A stretch of DNA of 64,000 bases, taken from Methanomassiliicoccaceae archaeon (GTDB lineage Archaea > Thermoplasmatota > Thermoplasmata > Methanomassiliicoccales > Methanomassiliicoccaceae). The translations under genes and the position numbers were made by a program. The stretch is from assembly GCA_963728405.1 (NCBI GenBank), contig CAVSJV010000004.1:96001-160000 (forward strand), in the 5' to 3' direction. Of the stretch, positions 11,578 through 23,243 are shown one piece after another (position 1 is the first letter of the stretch; each line of letters starts with the position of its first letter). The notes beneath the pieces are model-generated. The model saw only the letters and a list, made by a program, of their open reading frames with translations, was not told the origin of the DNA and did no database searches.

Positions 11578-12846
11578 ATGGATGCGTACATCGTACTCTT
11601 AGTGGCCGCCCTGTCAGTTTCAGTGGGTTTTATTGCAAGCTATCTCTTCAAGCAGTATAAGGCCCCCGATGTGTTACTGTTAATTGGATTTGGTCTCGTC
11701 ATCGGGCCGAGCGCCCTTGGTTTCATAGACGCTACTTTCGCCAGCAAGCTCGTGGGGATGATGCCCTATGTGGCGGCTCTTGCGCTGGCGGTGATCATGC
11801 TTCAGGCGGGCATGGGCCTGAACATTCGCGATGTCATCATCTCCTTTAAGCAGGCGCTCATCCTGACGATTCTAGCATTCATCCTTTCTGTTAGTATGAT
11901 CACCGCCCTCTGCATGATCGCCTTGGGCTGGACCATCGGGGAAGCCCTACTCCTTGGTTTCATCCTGGGAGGAACGAGCGGGGCAGTGGTCATTCCCCTG
12001 CTATGCGGCATAGGTGCTTCGAAAAAGACCAAGGTCATGCTGACCCTCGAGGCGGCAATAACCGACGTGCTCGTCGTCGTTCTCGCCCTAACCGTCGTTG
12101 CTCTCATGGTGACAGGTTCCGCCAACCTAACAAGAGCCATAGCCGGCATCCTGACCGCCTTCTTCGCTTCCGCCTTCATCGGCATCATAGGCGGCATCAT
12201 CTGGCTTAAGGTCCTGGCATTCATGAAGGACCACACCTACTCCTACATCATTACCCTGGCCGCCCTCCTTGCCATATTCGCCGGAACCGAGATAATTGTG
12301 GACAGGACAGGTGGCGGGGCCATAGCCGCGTTGGTCTTCGGCCTGACTCTGACCAACGGGCACGAGCTTAACCGATTTATCAAGAAAGGTGAGAAGATCG
12401 TTAGTTGTGAGGACAAGATTAAAAATTTTCACGAAGAAATCTCCTTTTTTGTTCGGACCTTCTTCTTCATCTACCTGGGCGTCGTCCTCTCTACCATTCA
12501 TTTCCAGCCAGCCCACATAATCATTGGTATTGCCATCGTCCTAGCGTTGTTGATCGGTAGGCTCATCTCGGCCATGGCAGTGAACCGCTTCTGGGATATG
12601 GCCAATATAGACAGGATGACCATCGTGTTCATGCTGCCTCGTGGGCTCTGTGCGGCGGTGCTGGCCTCGGTGCCATTATCCTATGGCGTGGTCAGCGGAG
12701 AGATCGGGGACCTCATCCTTGGAACAACGGCGGTGGTCATCATCCTAACGACCTCCATAGCATCGGTGGGGGCGTTCATCATCGACTGGCAGAGCAAGGC
12801 CTGCCCTTCTGTCGAGAAGGAGGCGCCGTTCAAGCAGCCAGAATGA
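11578..12846 (+). CDS. Cation/proton antiporter, CPA1 (NhaP-like)
   Basis: GTSGAVVIP, LEAAITD, FFVRTFFFIYLG, PRGLCAAVL. Confidence 0.88.
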   Translation: MDAYIVLLVAALSVSVGFIASYLFKQYKAPDVLLLIGFGLVIGPSALGFIDATFASKLVGMMPYVAALALAVIMLQAGMGLNIRDVIISFKQALILTILAFILSVSMITALCMIALGWTIGEALLLGFILGGTSGAVVIPLLCGIGASKKTKVMLTLEAAITDVLVVVLALTVVALMVTGSANLTRAIAGILTAFFASAFIGIIGGIIWLKVLAFMKDHTYSYIITLAALLAIFAGTEIIVDRTGGGAIAALVFGLTLTNGHELNRFIKKGEKIVSCEDKIKNFHEEISFFVRTFFFIYLGVVLSTIHFQPAHIIIGIAIVLALLIGRLISAMAVNRFWDMANIDRMTIVFMLPRGLCAAVLASVPLSYGVVSGEIGDLILGTTAVVIILTTSIASVGAFIIDWQSKACPSVEKEAPFKQPE

Positions 12847-12895
12847 GGGAGCGCCAAGTGATCACTGCCCCAGTGCCATAGCACTCTGGGCCAAC

Positions 12896-13366
12896 CTATT
12901 CCTTGTCCTCGAACACCCCCTTTCTCTCGAGGAAGAGAACTGGGCTCACCTTCGCTCCGATCAATTTGCCATCGATATTCACAATCGACAGATCGTTCAT
13001 CCGGTCGCCCATCATTGTATTCACCACCACGGTGAGCTTCGAACCCTTGGTGATCGCCCTGCCCAATATCATGATGCTTTCGACATAATGGTTGTAAATG
13101 TCGCCCCTAGAACGAGAGGGCGTTGCTGCCCCCGGCCCCGAGGCAATGGCCGAACAAATGCAGGCTCGTTTTGATGCTGTAATACTTAGACCGTCCTGGA
13201 AAAGCGATTGGCAAGCATCTGTTAGCTCGCCTCCTCCATCGGGGCCCCCCTTGACCCGGGAGGTCTCGAGCACTATCTTTTCGCTGGCATTGCCGATCAG
13301 CATATCGCTGACCTTCCTCTCGCGGTATGAAGTGGCGGGGGATCCGAAGAGGGGACCATATTCCAA
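12896..13366 (-). other. Hypothetical ORF; possibly a universal-stress-protein remnant followed by a 58-aa ORF (12896-13072)
   Basis: KVSDMLIGNASEKIV resembles the USP C-terminal LLGSVxEKV motif; the rest is unrecognised. Confidence 0.25.
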
Positions 13367-13485
13367 CCAAATGATGGCCGTCGACCATTGATCTGTTGAT
13401 CGATCGAGCTACATGGCCTCACCATATCCGCTCTGGTCTTGAATTCCCCTGGACGTACTCCTTCCCTAAAACTTCACGGGGTCTC

Positions 13486-15054
13486 CTAAACCTTCCTGTA
13501 CCGGATTATCTCTCGCCAGAACACTGGTGTCATTACAGCAAAGACTGTCAGGAATTCCAATCGGCCGGCCCACATGGTGAAGATCAGGGCCACTTTGGCC
13601 AGATCAGGAAGGCCACCGAACGTTCCCATCGGACCTAGCTGACCGACCCCGGGGCCAGCGTTCGATAGGGTGGTAATGGCCGCGCTCATCGAAGTGACCG
13701 GCTCAATGCCCAAGAGCACAAGAGCAACCGTGCAAGCGAGGGCGGTGGCGAAATAGCAGATGGCCACGGCCATCATCGATGAGATCGTTTCCTCACCCAA
13801 ATGACGCCCGTCGAGCTTGAGGGAGAAGATAGCCCTCGGATGCACGGTCTTGTAGATGGACGCATAGATGAACTTTCTTGAGAGTATGAAACGAACGATC
13901 TTGATACCTCCGGCCGTGGAGCCGGTGCATCCTCCGATGACGATGAGCGCCAGTAGTAGGAATAGCATGCTGCTGCTCCATAGGGAGAAGTCGGCCGTGG
14001 CGAATCCCGTGGAGGTCATGCAGCTGATCACCTGGAAGGCGGACGTCCGGATCCCCTGCTCAAGATCAGTGAACGTGCCGCTCCATAGCAGGACGAGCCC
14101 GATCAGGGTGGCAAGGACCACCAATGCCGAATACATCCTGAACTCGGCATTCCGCCAGTAGGTTCTTCCCTTACCGGTCGCGATCGCCTGAAAATGCAGA
14201 TAGAAGTTGGTTCCCGCAAGGAACATGAATGCTATGATGATCCATTCCACGAACGGGTTCTGGTAGAACGCGATGCTTTGAGCATGGGGGGAGAAACCAC
14301 CGGTGGACATGGTCGAGAACATCACCACCATAGAATCGTACATCCCTATCCCGGTCAGGAGGAGCAGGAGGAGCTGAACGACGGAAAGACCGAGATAGAT
14401 GTAATGGAACTTTTTCGCCTCTTCCTGTATGCGCAGTGAGATGTTCTGAACGTTGATGCCAGAGAACTCGTTCTTGGCCAGGCTTCTTCCTGCGATCCCT
14501 AACATAGGGAAGACCGTGACGAAGATCATGACGATCCCTGCCCCGCCTAACCACTGGGTGAAGCTCCTCCAGAACAGAAGGCTCCGAGGCCAAGCTTCGA
14601 TGTTGAACATGATCGAGGAACCAGTGGTGGTGAAGCCGCTCATGGTCTCGAACATCGAGTCGATGACGCCCATCCCATACATCATGTATGGGATCGCACC
14701 GAAGACCATGACCACCAGCCAGCCGGTCGTTACTACGAACAACGCCATCGTCGGTCGGGTCTGCTCGGCCGCTTGGTAACGAAGCAATAGGGGCAGACCG
14801 ATGGACGCGCTGAGCAATGGGGGGTAGATCCAGGGGCGGGGGTCCTCATTATAGATTATTGCAGTGGCCAACGGCGCGATGAACGCCAGGGCCAGGTAGA
14901 AGAAAAGCAGGCCAAAAAGGTAAGCAAAGGTGTTCTCCTTCCGGGTAATTTTCTCTATGACCATATAGCGCGTCAAGCCATGCTGCCTGAGCAGCATCTT
15001 GAAACACTTCCATGTCCTTTTCCACATGCCCGTATGGATCATCTTTGCGCCCAT
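13486..15054 (-). CDS. trkH: Trk potassium uptake membrane subunit
   Basis: P-loops SGFTTTG, MSTGGF, TSTGF, LSNAGPG; MWAGRLE. Confidence 0.93.
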   Translation of the reverse strand: MGAKMIHTGMWKRTWKCFKMLLRQHGLTRYMVIEKITRKENTFAYLFGLLFFYLALAFIAPLATAIIYNEDPRPWIYPPLLSASIGLPLLLRYQAAEQTRPTMALFVVTTGWLVVMVFGAIPYMMYGMGVIDSMFETMSGFTTTGSSIMFNIEAWPRSLLFWRSFTQWLGGAGIVMIFVTVFPMLGIAGRSLAKNEFSGINVQNISLRIQEEAKKFHYIYLGLSVVQLLLLLLTGIGMYDSMVVMFSTMSTGGFSPHAQSIAFYQNPFVEWIIIAFMFLAGTNFYLHFQAIATGKGRTYWRNAEFRMYSALVVLATLIGLVLLWSGTFTDLEQGIRTSAFQVISCMTSTGFATADFSLWSSSMLFLLLALIVIGGCTGSTAGGIKIVRFILSRKFIYASIYKTVHPRAIFSLKLDGRHLGEETISSMMAVAICYFATALACTVALVLLGIEPVTSMSAAITTLSNAGPGVGQLGPMGTFGGLPDLAKVALIFTMWAGRLEFLTVFAVMTPVFWREIIRYRKV

Positions 15055-16400
15055 TAGGGATTCACCGGGATGTCCAGTTTGAAAATCCGCTCGAGGACGG
15101 AGACGTCCATCTTATCTGCATATATGAGCAGGGCATCTCCTTCCTTGATCACCATGTCCCGGGCGGGTAAGATAGGTCCGTCATCGGTTATAACCATGGC
15201 AATGATGGACCGTTCTGGCAGCTCGATCTCCTCGACGCTCTTGCCATTGATACGGCATCTCGGTCCCACCATCAGGCTGATCAGCTCATTCTTGAACCCT
15301 TCCATCAGGAGCAGGACCTCATGCTCCGGAACGGTCTGCTTGATGATCTCATTCGCGACTACTTCGTAGTAGCTTACGGCCGAATCGATGCCCACCATTT
15401 GGAAAATATCCTTGTATTCTTGTTTGGAGAATGAAGTGATGGTCTTGGTGACCCCTAGATGTTTTCCTACTAAACAAGCGAGGAGGTCCCCCTCCTCATT
15501 ATTGGTGGCGCAGACCAGCACATCGGTCATTCCCACGTTTTCATTGCGCAGGACCAACGGGTCAGAGCCGTTATCGTTTATTATGATCGCGCGGTTGAAC
15601 TTTTGAGCCAGCTCTTTGCATCTGGATTCGTTCTTCTCGATCAACCGTACAGATATGCTTTCTTTCTCCAACATGCAGATCAGGTACTCGGCGACGATTC
15701 CTCCACCGATGATCAGCACATCCCTTGGCAACTTTACCGAACCGAGGAAATGGTCGAATTTGATGATGTCATCTTCCTTGCCGATGACGATGACCTCATC
15801 GCCGATGCGGAGAGCGTCACCCTCCAACGGAATGAAGGCATCCCCGTTCCGGTGGATGCAAAGGATCTTGCACCCCCCTGGAACAGGCAGTTGGAACAAC
15901 GGCACATTGGCGATATCATGACGGTCGTGAGAGAACCTGAACTTAGCAACCTCGAGGCCATACGCGGGGATGGCCTCGTGATCGATAGCGTTCTCCAACA
16001 GAGCTATCTTCTTCATCTTCGTAGCGACTAGATATTCAGGAGAGATGACGTGATCTACATTCAGGAAGTTGGATACGCGGCCCCCCTCAGTGTAATCTTG
16101 GTCCCGCATTCGGGCGACGGTCCTTAGGTTCGGGAACATTTTCTTGGCGACGAGGCAGGCGAAGATGTTTACCTCATCGCTTTCAGTCACCGCAAGGAAA
16201 AAATCGATATCTCCATCCAGGACCCCTTGGAGCACATGAGGGCTGGCGCCATTGGCGTGGAGTACCCCGACATTCAGGGTGTTAACGACATACTCGTACC
16301 GTTTCTCATCCTTCTCCACAACCATCACAGAGTGTTGGTTTGATAGGAGACGAGCTATGGTGTATCCAACATTCCCGGCACCGACAATTACGATGTGCAT
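15054..16400 (-). CDS. trkA: Trk potassium uptake NAD-binding subunit
   Basis: Two Rossmann motifs (IVGAGNVG, IIGGGIV) plus TrkA-C domains; stop overlaps the trkH start. Confidence 0.93.
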   Translation of the reverse strand: MHIVIVGAGNVGYTIARLLSNQHSVMVVEKDEKRYEYVVNTLNVGVLHANGASPHVLQGVLDGDIDFFLAVTESDEVNIFACLVAKKMFPNLRTVARMRDQDYTEGGRVSNFLNVDHVISPEYLVATKMKKIALLENAIDHEAIPAYGLEVAKFRFSHDRHDIANVPLFQLPVPGGCKILCIHRNGDAFIPLEGDALRIGDEVIVIGKEDDIIKFDHFLGSVKLPRDVLIIGGGIVAEYLICMLEKESISVRLIEKNESRCKELAQKFNRAIIINDNGSDPLVLRNENVGMTDVLVCATNNEEGDLLACLVGKHLGVTKTITSFSKQEYKDIFQMVGIDSAVSYYEVVANEIIKQTVPEHEVLLLMEGFKNELISLMVGPRCRINGKSVEEIELPERSIIAMVITDDGPILPARDMVIKEGDALLIYADKMDVSVLERIFKLDIPVNP

Positions 16401-16751
16401 GCACGAACCACAACCGGAATGTTGAGGGGGATAGGGGTGGGCTACTAAAGGTTTATCTTAGGGGTCACGCTCGGCGGGTTGATGGTACAGATGGGCCCTA
16501 CCCCTGCCACCATATGTCGCACCTATCGCCCCCGATACGAATCGATGATCGCCTCGTATCCGCCTTTTAATGTCGAGCGGGCATTTCCTGCCAAGCGCAC
16601 CGATATATGAGATCGCGGTAGAGACCGTCCCGTTCAATTGTTGACATTGTCTGAAAGATGGGATAGATGAGTGATTTTTAAATCGGCCTTCGTTATCGTG
16701 CCGCGGAACCAGGGGGAGGTACAATTATATCTCAATAGCAATTCTAAGCCC

Positions 16752-17228
16752 ATGTCGCAAGTATATTCGAGGGTAATAAAAATCAGCGGGAATACCGGAA
16801 CCATCTTCGACGGGATGGCATCGTTCCTGGTGGCCAGAGGGTTCGTGATCAATAATGCCGACAGGCCGAACACAATGGTTGCGGACAGGGGCATCCTCCG
16901 GCCAACCAACAAGATCGAGAAGTACCCTCACACCCTGGTCATCGCCATGCATCCTACCGGAGATGCCCTGTCGTTGTCCTTTATTTATGTTATGAGCGAT
17001 TTCTGGCACTACACCGCCGGTGACCGCCTATTCTTCAACAACGAGATCGACCTCTTCGTAAGGGGCCTCGTGGCGGACGGAGCGAAGGTGGCGGCAGGCG
17101 AGGCCGTGCCATCGGTGATCGATAACGGCTATATCGAGGAGCTCAGACAGCTGGCCAAGCTTAGGGGCGAGGGGGTTCTTTCCGGCGAAGAGTTCGATCA
17201 GAAGAAGAAGTTGCTCCTGGGCCTCTGA
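16752..17228 (+). CDS. SHOCT-domain protein
   Basis: C-terminal EELRQLAKLRGEGVLSGEEFDQKKKLLL. Confidence 0.75.
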   Translation: MSQVYSRVIKISGNTGTIFDGMASFLVARGFVINNADRPNTMVADRGILRPTNKIEKYPHTLVIAMHPTGDALSLSFIYVMSDFWHYTAGDRLFFNNEIDLFVRGLVADGAKVAAGEAVPSVIDNGYIEELRQLAKLRGEGVLSGEEFDQKKKLLLGL

Positions 17229-17355
17229 ACCTACAACCGTTTACCCGGGTACCCCGGGGATTATATTTCATTTTCCATCATCACTATTCGATTTTTGCAC
17301 GGTTGACCGCTCAAGGATTATATATCTGTAGGACCGAGGGAGCTTGGGCGATGAT

Positions 17356-17688
17356 ATGGACCTCCAATTCATTCTGAAAGACAAGTTCCGACTAGCAGTG
17401 ATCGAGGACCTCTCGAACGGAGAGGAGGGCGCAGACAGGATCGCTAAGAAGAACCATCTGCCGGCCATGGCGGTGGACCGGGCGGTCCGCGAGCTCCTAG
17501 CTGAGGGCATAGTAGGGGGACCGAGCTCAAGCCTTTATCTCACGGACAAGGGAAAGGAGATGCTAGCGGAGATAAAGGGAATGGAACGGATCCCCGGAGG
17601 TGGCGTGGATTCCAAGGCCCGTTCCCGAATCCCCGATCGGCTGGGGCCAGAGGACAGCCGCCGTCGCAAGGAGAACCAAGGCACCTGA
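17356..17688 (+). CDS. Small winged-helix protein
   Basis: IAKKNHL..VDRAVRELLAEGIV..YLTDKG. Confidence 0.65.
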   Translation: MDLQFILKDKFRLAVIEDLSNGEEGADRIAKKNHLPAMAVDRAVRELLAEGIVGGPSSSLYLTDKGKEMLAEIKGMERIPGGGVDSKARSRIPDRLGPEDSRRRKENQGT

Positions 17689-18726
17689 TCAGCCCAGTCT
17701 CTTCTTTAGTTCGGTGATCGATGACACTGGAAACGGGTCGACCCCCCTCAGCATGGCGAGATAATATGATACGAAGTCGCCGATGATCATACCCCGCATC
17801 ACATTCTCCAAGGCGGTTGGACCTTCCAGGTCCACGATGACGGGGTCCAGCTTGAAATCCTCGAAGATGGAGATGGTCGCTCCCATGATGTCGGCCATCA
17901 TGTCATGGTCCGACCCAGCCCTGAGGAATACCGGAACGTTGCGCTGGTCCCTCGGTCCGTCCAGCCAGCCTACGATCTGATTGTGGTCTGCCTCCGGCAA
18001 CTCGCCCGACAGGCATAGCATCTTGGAGTTCTCGTTGATCTGGGTCTGCCATCTCCGGGCCGCGGTACGCATGTTCCGTGATGAATATATGAACGGCATC
18101 TTCCCGTCCAGTTGCTCGGCGATAAGCTTCGCAGGGTTCGCCGACCGTGAGGTCTCCGGAGAGCAGGCTTTAACCTCGTTCCTAATGGCCGGCAATAGGG
18201 ACCTCAGTTCGCTGGCCACCGTCGATATGTCTGCCGCCTCGACCACCGTGGCCGCCGCTCCGAGCAGATGTCCGAGGGCAGCCCGGGGCTGCAACCCCCC
18301 CGGCACTTTGACCAGCTTCTCATTGCACCCTTGGCAGAGTTGCATGAGCTTACCTCCGGATGTGATGGCCGCGATAGTCGCGTTCCTATGGCGGGCCTGC
18401 TCATGCATGGCCAATGTTTCCCTGGTGTTGCCGGAGTACGAGATCAGGATGACGAGAGTGGACTCGTCGACCCAGTTGGGGAGCTGGACGTCGCGGACCA
18501 CCGTCGAGAAGACAGTAGATGTCCGCTCGAGATGATCACTCAAGACATCGGCACCCATGGCCGAGCCCCCCAGTCCACATAGGCAGATCTTGCGGGGCCG
18601 CTGGTCGATCTGTACCTCGCTCGAGAGGGAGAAGGCAAGCTGAACGGGCAGGTCGATCATCTGCCTCAGCATGCCGGAAGGGTCGAGAGAGGCGAGGGCA
18701 CTGGCGTCATCCAGGGTGATGGGCAT
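17689..18726 (-). CDS. Bifunctional phosphoglucose/phosphomannose isomerase
   Basis: GLGGSA, ISYSGNTRET, ITSGG, QPRAALG, RWQTQINENSK, PEADHN. Confidence 0.92.
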   Translation of the reverse strand: MPITLDDASALASLDPSGMLRQMIDLPVQLAFSLSSEVQIDQRPRKICLCGLGGSAMGADVLSDHLERTSTVFSTVVRDVQLPNWVDESTLVILISYSGNTRETLAMHEQARHRNATIAAITSGGKLMQLCQGCNEKLVKVPGGLQPRAALGHLLGAAATVVEAADISTVASELRSLLPAIRNEVKACSPETSRSANPAKLIAEQLDGKMPFIYSSRNMRTAARRWQTQINENSKMLCLSGELPEADHNQIVGWLDGPRDQRNVPVFLRAGSDHDMMADIMGATISIFEDFKLDPVIVDLEGPTALENVMRGMIIGDFVSYYLAMLRGVDPFPVSSITELKKRLG

Positions 18727-18893
18727 GCATCCTTGATGGCCGCTGATGATATATTATTATGATTGGTCCATGAAACGTGTGAATGCCCAATGGACCAGCT
18801 ATGCGGCGGCCCAATGCCTCACATCAACAAGAATTTTAGTAGCTACCGGAGACATAATATAGAGTAGGCAATATGGACGAGAAAGGTGCATAA

Positions 18894-19594
18894 ATGGATA
18901 AGATAAGCGAGGCCTATGCCGCGCTGCGATCCGGTCGGTTCGTGCTGATATTCGATTCGGACAGCAGGGAGAGGGAGACCGACATGATGATCGCCTCCGA
19001 GCATGTTACTTACGAGAGCGTAAGGACGCTCCGCAAGGATGCCGGCGGCCTAATCTGCACCACCGCGCCCGGTGAGGTCTGGAAGAAATTGGACCTGCCG
19101 TTCCTGGCCGAGCTGTTCGCCGAATCGTATGTCAAGCATCCCGTGTTGCGTGGCCTGGCTCCCAACGACCTTCCTTATGATACCAAGTCCGCTTTCTCGT
19201 TGACCATCAATCACCGCCACACCTTTACCGGCATTCCGGATGGAGACCGGGCGTTGACCATCTCAGAATTCGCCAAGCTGTGCAAGAAGGTCTCCGACAT
19301 GAGCGCCGAGGAGGCACGGGAGGAGTTCGGAAAAGCCTTCCGCGCTCCTGGCCATGTGTTCTTATTAAACTCTCAGCCTGGGGTCCTGAACGACCGCCGC
19401 GGCCATACTGAGCTATCGACCGCCATCCTCAAGATGGGCGGGATGTTCCCCTCCGCCACCATCTGCGAGATGATGGGCGATGACGGGAAGGCCCTGACCA
19501 AAGAAAAGGCTCAAGAGTACGCCAAGAGATTTGGGCTCGTCTACCTCGAGGGCGCCGAGATCATCGAGGAATGGAAGAAAAGCAAGTGGTCAAG

Positions 19595-19598
<4 letters not shown>
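18894..19598 (+). CDS. ribB: 3,4-dihydroxy-2-butanone 4-phosphate synthase
   Basis: DSDSRERETD, FRAPGHV, RRGHTE, ICEMM. Confidence 0.95.
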
Positions 19599-20505
<907 letters not shown>

Positions 20506-20509
20506 GCAT

Positions 20510-20922
20510 ATGAAACGTTACAATATTGGAATAGTGGTATCTGAGTTCAACTTCGACATCACGTCGATGATGCTGGAGCGAGCGAAGGCGCATGCCGCCT
20601 TCCTGGACGTGAACATGTGACCAAGGTCATCTCAGTTCCGGGCGTCTACGACATGCCCCTGGCCATCAAGAAACTGCTCGAGGACAAGGCCATCGACGGC
20701 GTGGTTACCCTGGGATGCGTGATCGAGGGAGAGACAGACCATGACCAGATCGTCATTCAGCACGCCGCCCGCAAGATCATCGACCTCTCGTTGCAATACG
20801 ATAAGCCAGTATCCCTGGGCATCAGCGGTCCCGGCATGACCCGCCTGCAGGCCGAGGAGCGCATCGAGAAGGGGCGCGATGCCCTGGAAGCGGTCGTGAA
20901 GCTCCTTAAGAACCTGGAGTAA
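20510..20922 (+). CDS. ribH: 6,7-dimethyl-8-ribityllumazine synthase; frameshift at ~20615
   Basis: [14 protein letters not shown] joins [20 protein letters not shown] and SGPGMT when AT at 20615-16 is removed. Confidence 0.9.
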
Positions 20923-20974
20923 AACTCCTTCCATTTCCCAATTTTTAATAGTATGGACCTGCCAGGTACTACCG

Positions 20975-21874
20975 GTGGATGATTTGCAGGGCAAGACAAT
21001 CTTCGTCACCGGCGCCACTGGAAAGCAGGGCAGCGCGGCGGTAAGGCATCTTCTGGAAGCAGGGTTCAAGGTACGGGGTCTGACCCGCGAACCTGATAAA
21101 CCCGAGGCTGAACGTTTAAAGGCGCTAGGCGCCGACATCGTCGAGGGAGACCTGGACGATCCCGGGCGCATAAGGAAGGACATTGAAGGCGCCTATGGCG
21201 TGTTCGCCGTCCTGACCTGGAAGGAGGAGGGACCGGCGGGTGAGGTGAAGCAGGGCAAGATACTCGCCGACGCGGCCAAAGATGCCGGGGTCGAGCACTT
21301 CCTATATAGCTCAGTAGGCGGGGCGGACCGCTCCACGGGCATACCTCACTTCGAGAGCAAGGCCACCAACGAGAGATACATGCGGCAGATCGGACTGCCC
21401 CTCACGGTCCTTCGGCCGGTACACTTCATGGAGGGCTTCAACGCTCCCAATGCCCAGAAGATCATAGCCGGCGGCCGGCTGATAATGGCCCTCGACCCGA
21501 GCAAGCCTCTCCAGATGATCTCGGTCGAGGACATCGGGTTCATGGCCGCTATCGCACTGGACAACAGGGACGACTGGCTCGGTCGATCGATGGAGATCGC
21601 CGGCGATTCCCTCACCCTGCCGCAGGTCGCGCAGAAGTTCTCGGCGGCCCTGGGGCAGAAGGTGGAATTCGTGGAGCAGCAGCTACAGGAACTGAAGAAG
21701 ATCGATAACGAGCGGTTCCTGATGATGAAGTGGCTGAACGAGTCGGGCTACCAGGCGGACATTGCAGCGGTCAAGGCCATGCATCCCAGCCTGATGGACC
21801 TGGAACAGTGGTTGGAAAAGGGCTATTGGAAAGGGAGCGAGGAGGGAGTGCCGATCCCCCAGCGAGCCATTTGA
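20975..21874 (+). CDS. NmrA/HSCARG-family NAD(P)-binding protein
   Basis: VTGATGKQG, YSSVGGA, IPHFESK. Confidence 0.9.
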   Translation: MDDLQGKTIFVTGATGKQGSAAVRHLLEAGFKVRGLTREPDKPEAERLKALGADIVEGDLDDPGRIRKDIEGAYGVFAVLTWKEEGPAGEVKQGKILADAAKDAGVEHFLYSSVGGADRSTGIPHFESKATNERYMRQIGLPLTVLRPVHFMEGFNAPNAQKIIAGGRLIMALDPSKPLQMISVEDIGFMAAIALDNRDDWLGRSMEIAGDSLTLPQVAQKFSAALGQKVEFVEQQLQELKKIDNERFLMMKWLNESGYQADIAAVKAMHPSLMDLEQWLEKGYWKGSEEGVPIPQRAI

Positions 21875-21919
21875 CCTGCGGCATCAGGAACGGCCCTAGC
21901 CTTGCTCGTTAGGATCTCC

Positions 21920-23125
21920 CTAGGCCACCTTGTTCATGTACTTCTCGATGGAGTCGAACGCGGTGGCGAGCGTCTCCACCGGCGGCAGGAACACCGCGCG
22001 GAAGTGCATCTTGCCGTACGTCTCGTCGAACCCCGAGCCAGGTACAAGAAGCACGTGGCAGTTGTTCAGGATGTCCAGCACGAAGTCGTGGTCGTTCTTC
22101 CAGTGCTTCGATTCGATCTTGGGGAAGATGTAGAACGCCGCCTGCGGCTTGGTCGTTGACAGCCCGGGAATGGAGTTGATACGCTTTACGATATAGTCCC
22201 GACGCTCCCGGAGCTTGCTGTTCATTCCCTCGAGGTGGTCCTTGGGACCCTTAAGGGCCTCGATGACCGCCATCTGGCAGGGGTTGTTGGCACTGATGCG
22301 CAAGCGTAGTTGACGCATCATACCCTCCTTGATTTCGTCCAGCTTTCCCTGGGGGTCGCGGAAAACGGTGTACCCGAGCCTCCAGCCGGGGAGCAGGTCC
22401 ACCTTGGAGAACCCATTGAACAGGATAACCGGGACGTCCTTGGACAGCGCTGCCGGAGAGTGGTGCACGCCGTCGAAGGTCATGAGGTCGTAGATCTCAT
22501 CGGAGATGATGAACAGGTCATGCTCTCCAGCCAGGTCGGTGATCTCCCTGAGCACCTTGTCCGAGTACAGCGAACCGGTCGGGTTGTTCGGGTTGATGAC
22601 CACGATGTACTTGGTCTTCGGCGTGATCTTCTTGCGCATATCGTCCACGTCGGGCTGCCAGTTGGTCGCCTCATCTGCCTTGTAGGCGACCGACGTCCCA
22701 CCGAAGAACTTGGTGAACTCAGTATAGGAAGGATAACCGGGACCAGGAACAAGGACCTCATCGCCTACGTCCACCGCGGCGGCGGTGACCATCTGGATGG
22801 CTTCAGTGACGCCATTGGTGATGACGCAGTTGTCGATGCTCACGTCCACGCCGTTCTTCTGTTTCTCCTTCTCGAGGATGGCCCGGCGCAGCTCGACGTC
22901 TCCCTCCGACTCGGCATACCCGTTGTCGTTCACTTCCACGGCGCGGCACAGAGCGTCGCGCACGTGCTTGGGCGTTTCGAAGTCATACTTATTGGGATCT
23001 CCGATATGGAGCTTGATGATCTCCGCGCCCCTCTTCTCCAGCTCTCTCGCTGGCAGTAAGATGTCACGGATGGCGTAGGACACGCCCATCGAGCGCTTGG
23101 TCGCTTTCATGATGACGGGCCTCAA
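21920..23125 (-). CDS. Class I/II PLP aminotransferase (alanine aminotransferase-like)
   Basis: YAIRD, LHIGDP, INPNNPTG, SDEIYD, NGFSK..PGWRLG. Confidence 0.9.
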   Translation of the reverse strand: MRPVIMKATKRSMGVSYAIRDILLPARELEKRGAEIIKLHIGDPNKYDFETPKHVRDALCRAVEVNDNGYAESEGDVELRRAILEKEKQKNGVDVSIDNCVITNGVTEAIQMVTAAAVDVGDEVLVPGPGYPSYTEFTKFFGGTSVAYKADEATNWQPDVDDMRKKITPKTKYIVVINPNNPTGSLYSDKVLREITDLAGEHDLFIISDEIYDLMTFDGVHHSPAALSKDVPVILFNGFSKVDLLPGWRLGYTVFRDPQGKLDEIKEGMMRQLRLRISANNPCQMAVIEALKGPKDHLEGMNSKLRERRDYIVKRINSIPGLSTTKPQAAFYIFPKIESKHWKNDHDFVLDILNNCHVLLVPGSGFDETYGKMHFRAVFLPPVETLATAFDSIEKYMNKVA

Positions 23126-23243
23126 ATACTGGCCTTAAATAAACTTCGAATATAAACTAGCTTCTACCAGAGCCCATGAAGTCACCGCACGTTCAATGGA
23201 CATTCAAAAAATGTTTTAATACCCCTACGCCTACACGCTGGTC

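Noticed and set aside
16433-16505. Inverted repeat upstream of trkA as a c-di-AMP riboswitch
   Set aside because: It straddles the likely promoter rather than lying in the transcript, and there is no ydaO consensus.
18727-18893. FMN riboswitch upstream of ribB
   Set aside because: No RFN consensus is present, and the TATA-like box is close to the start.
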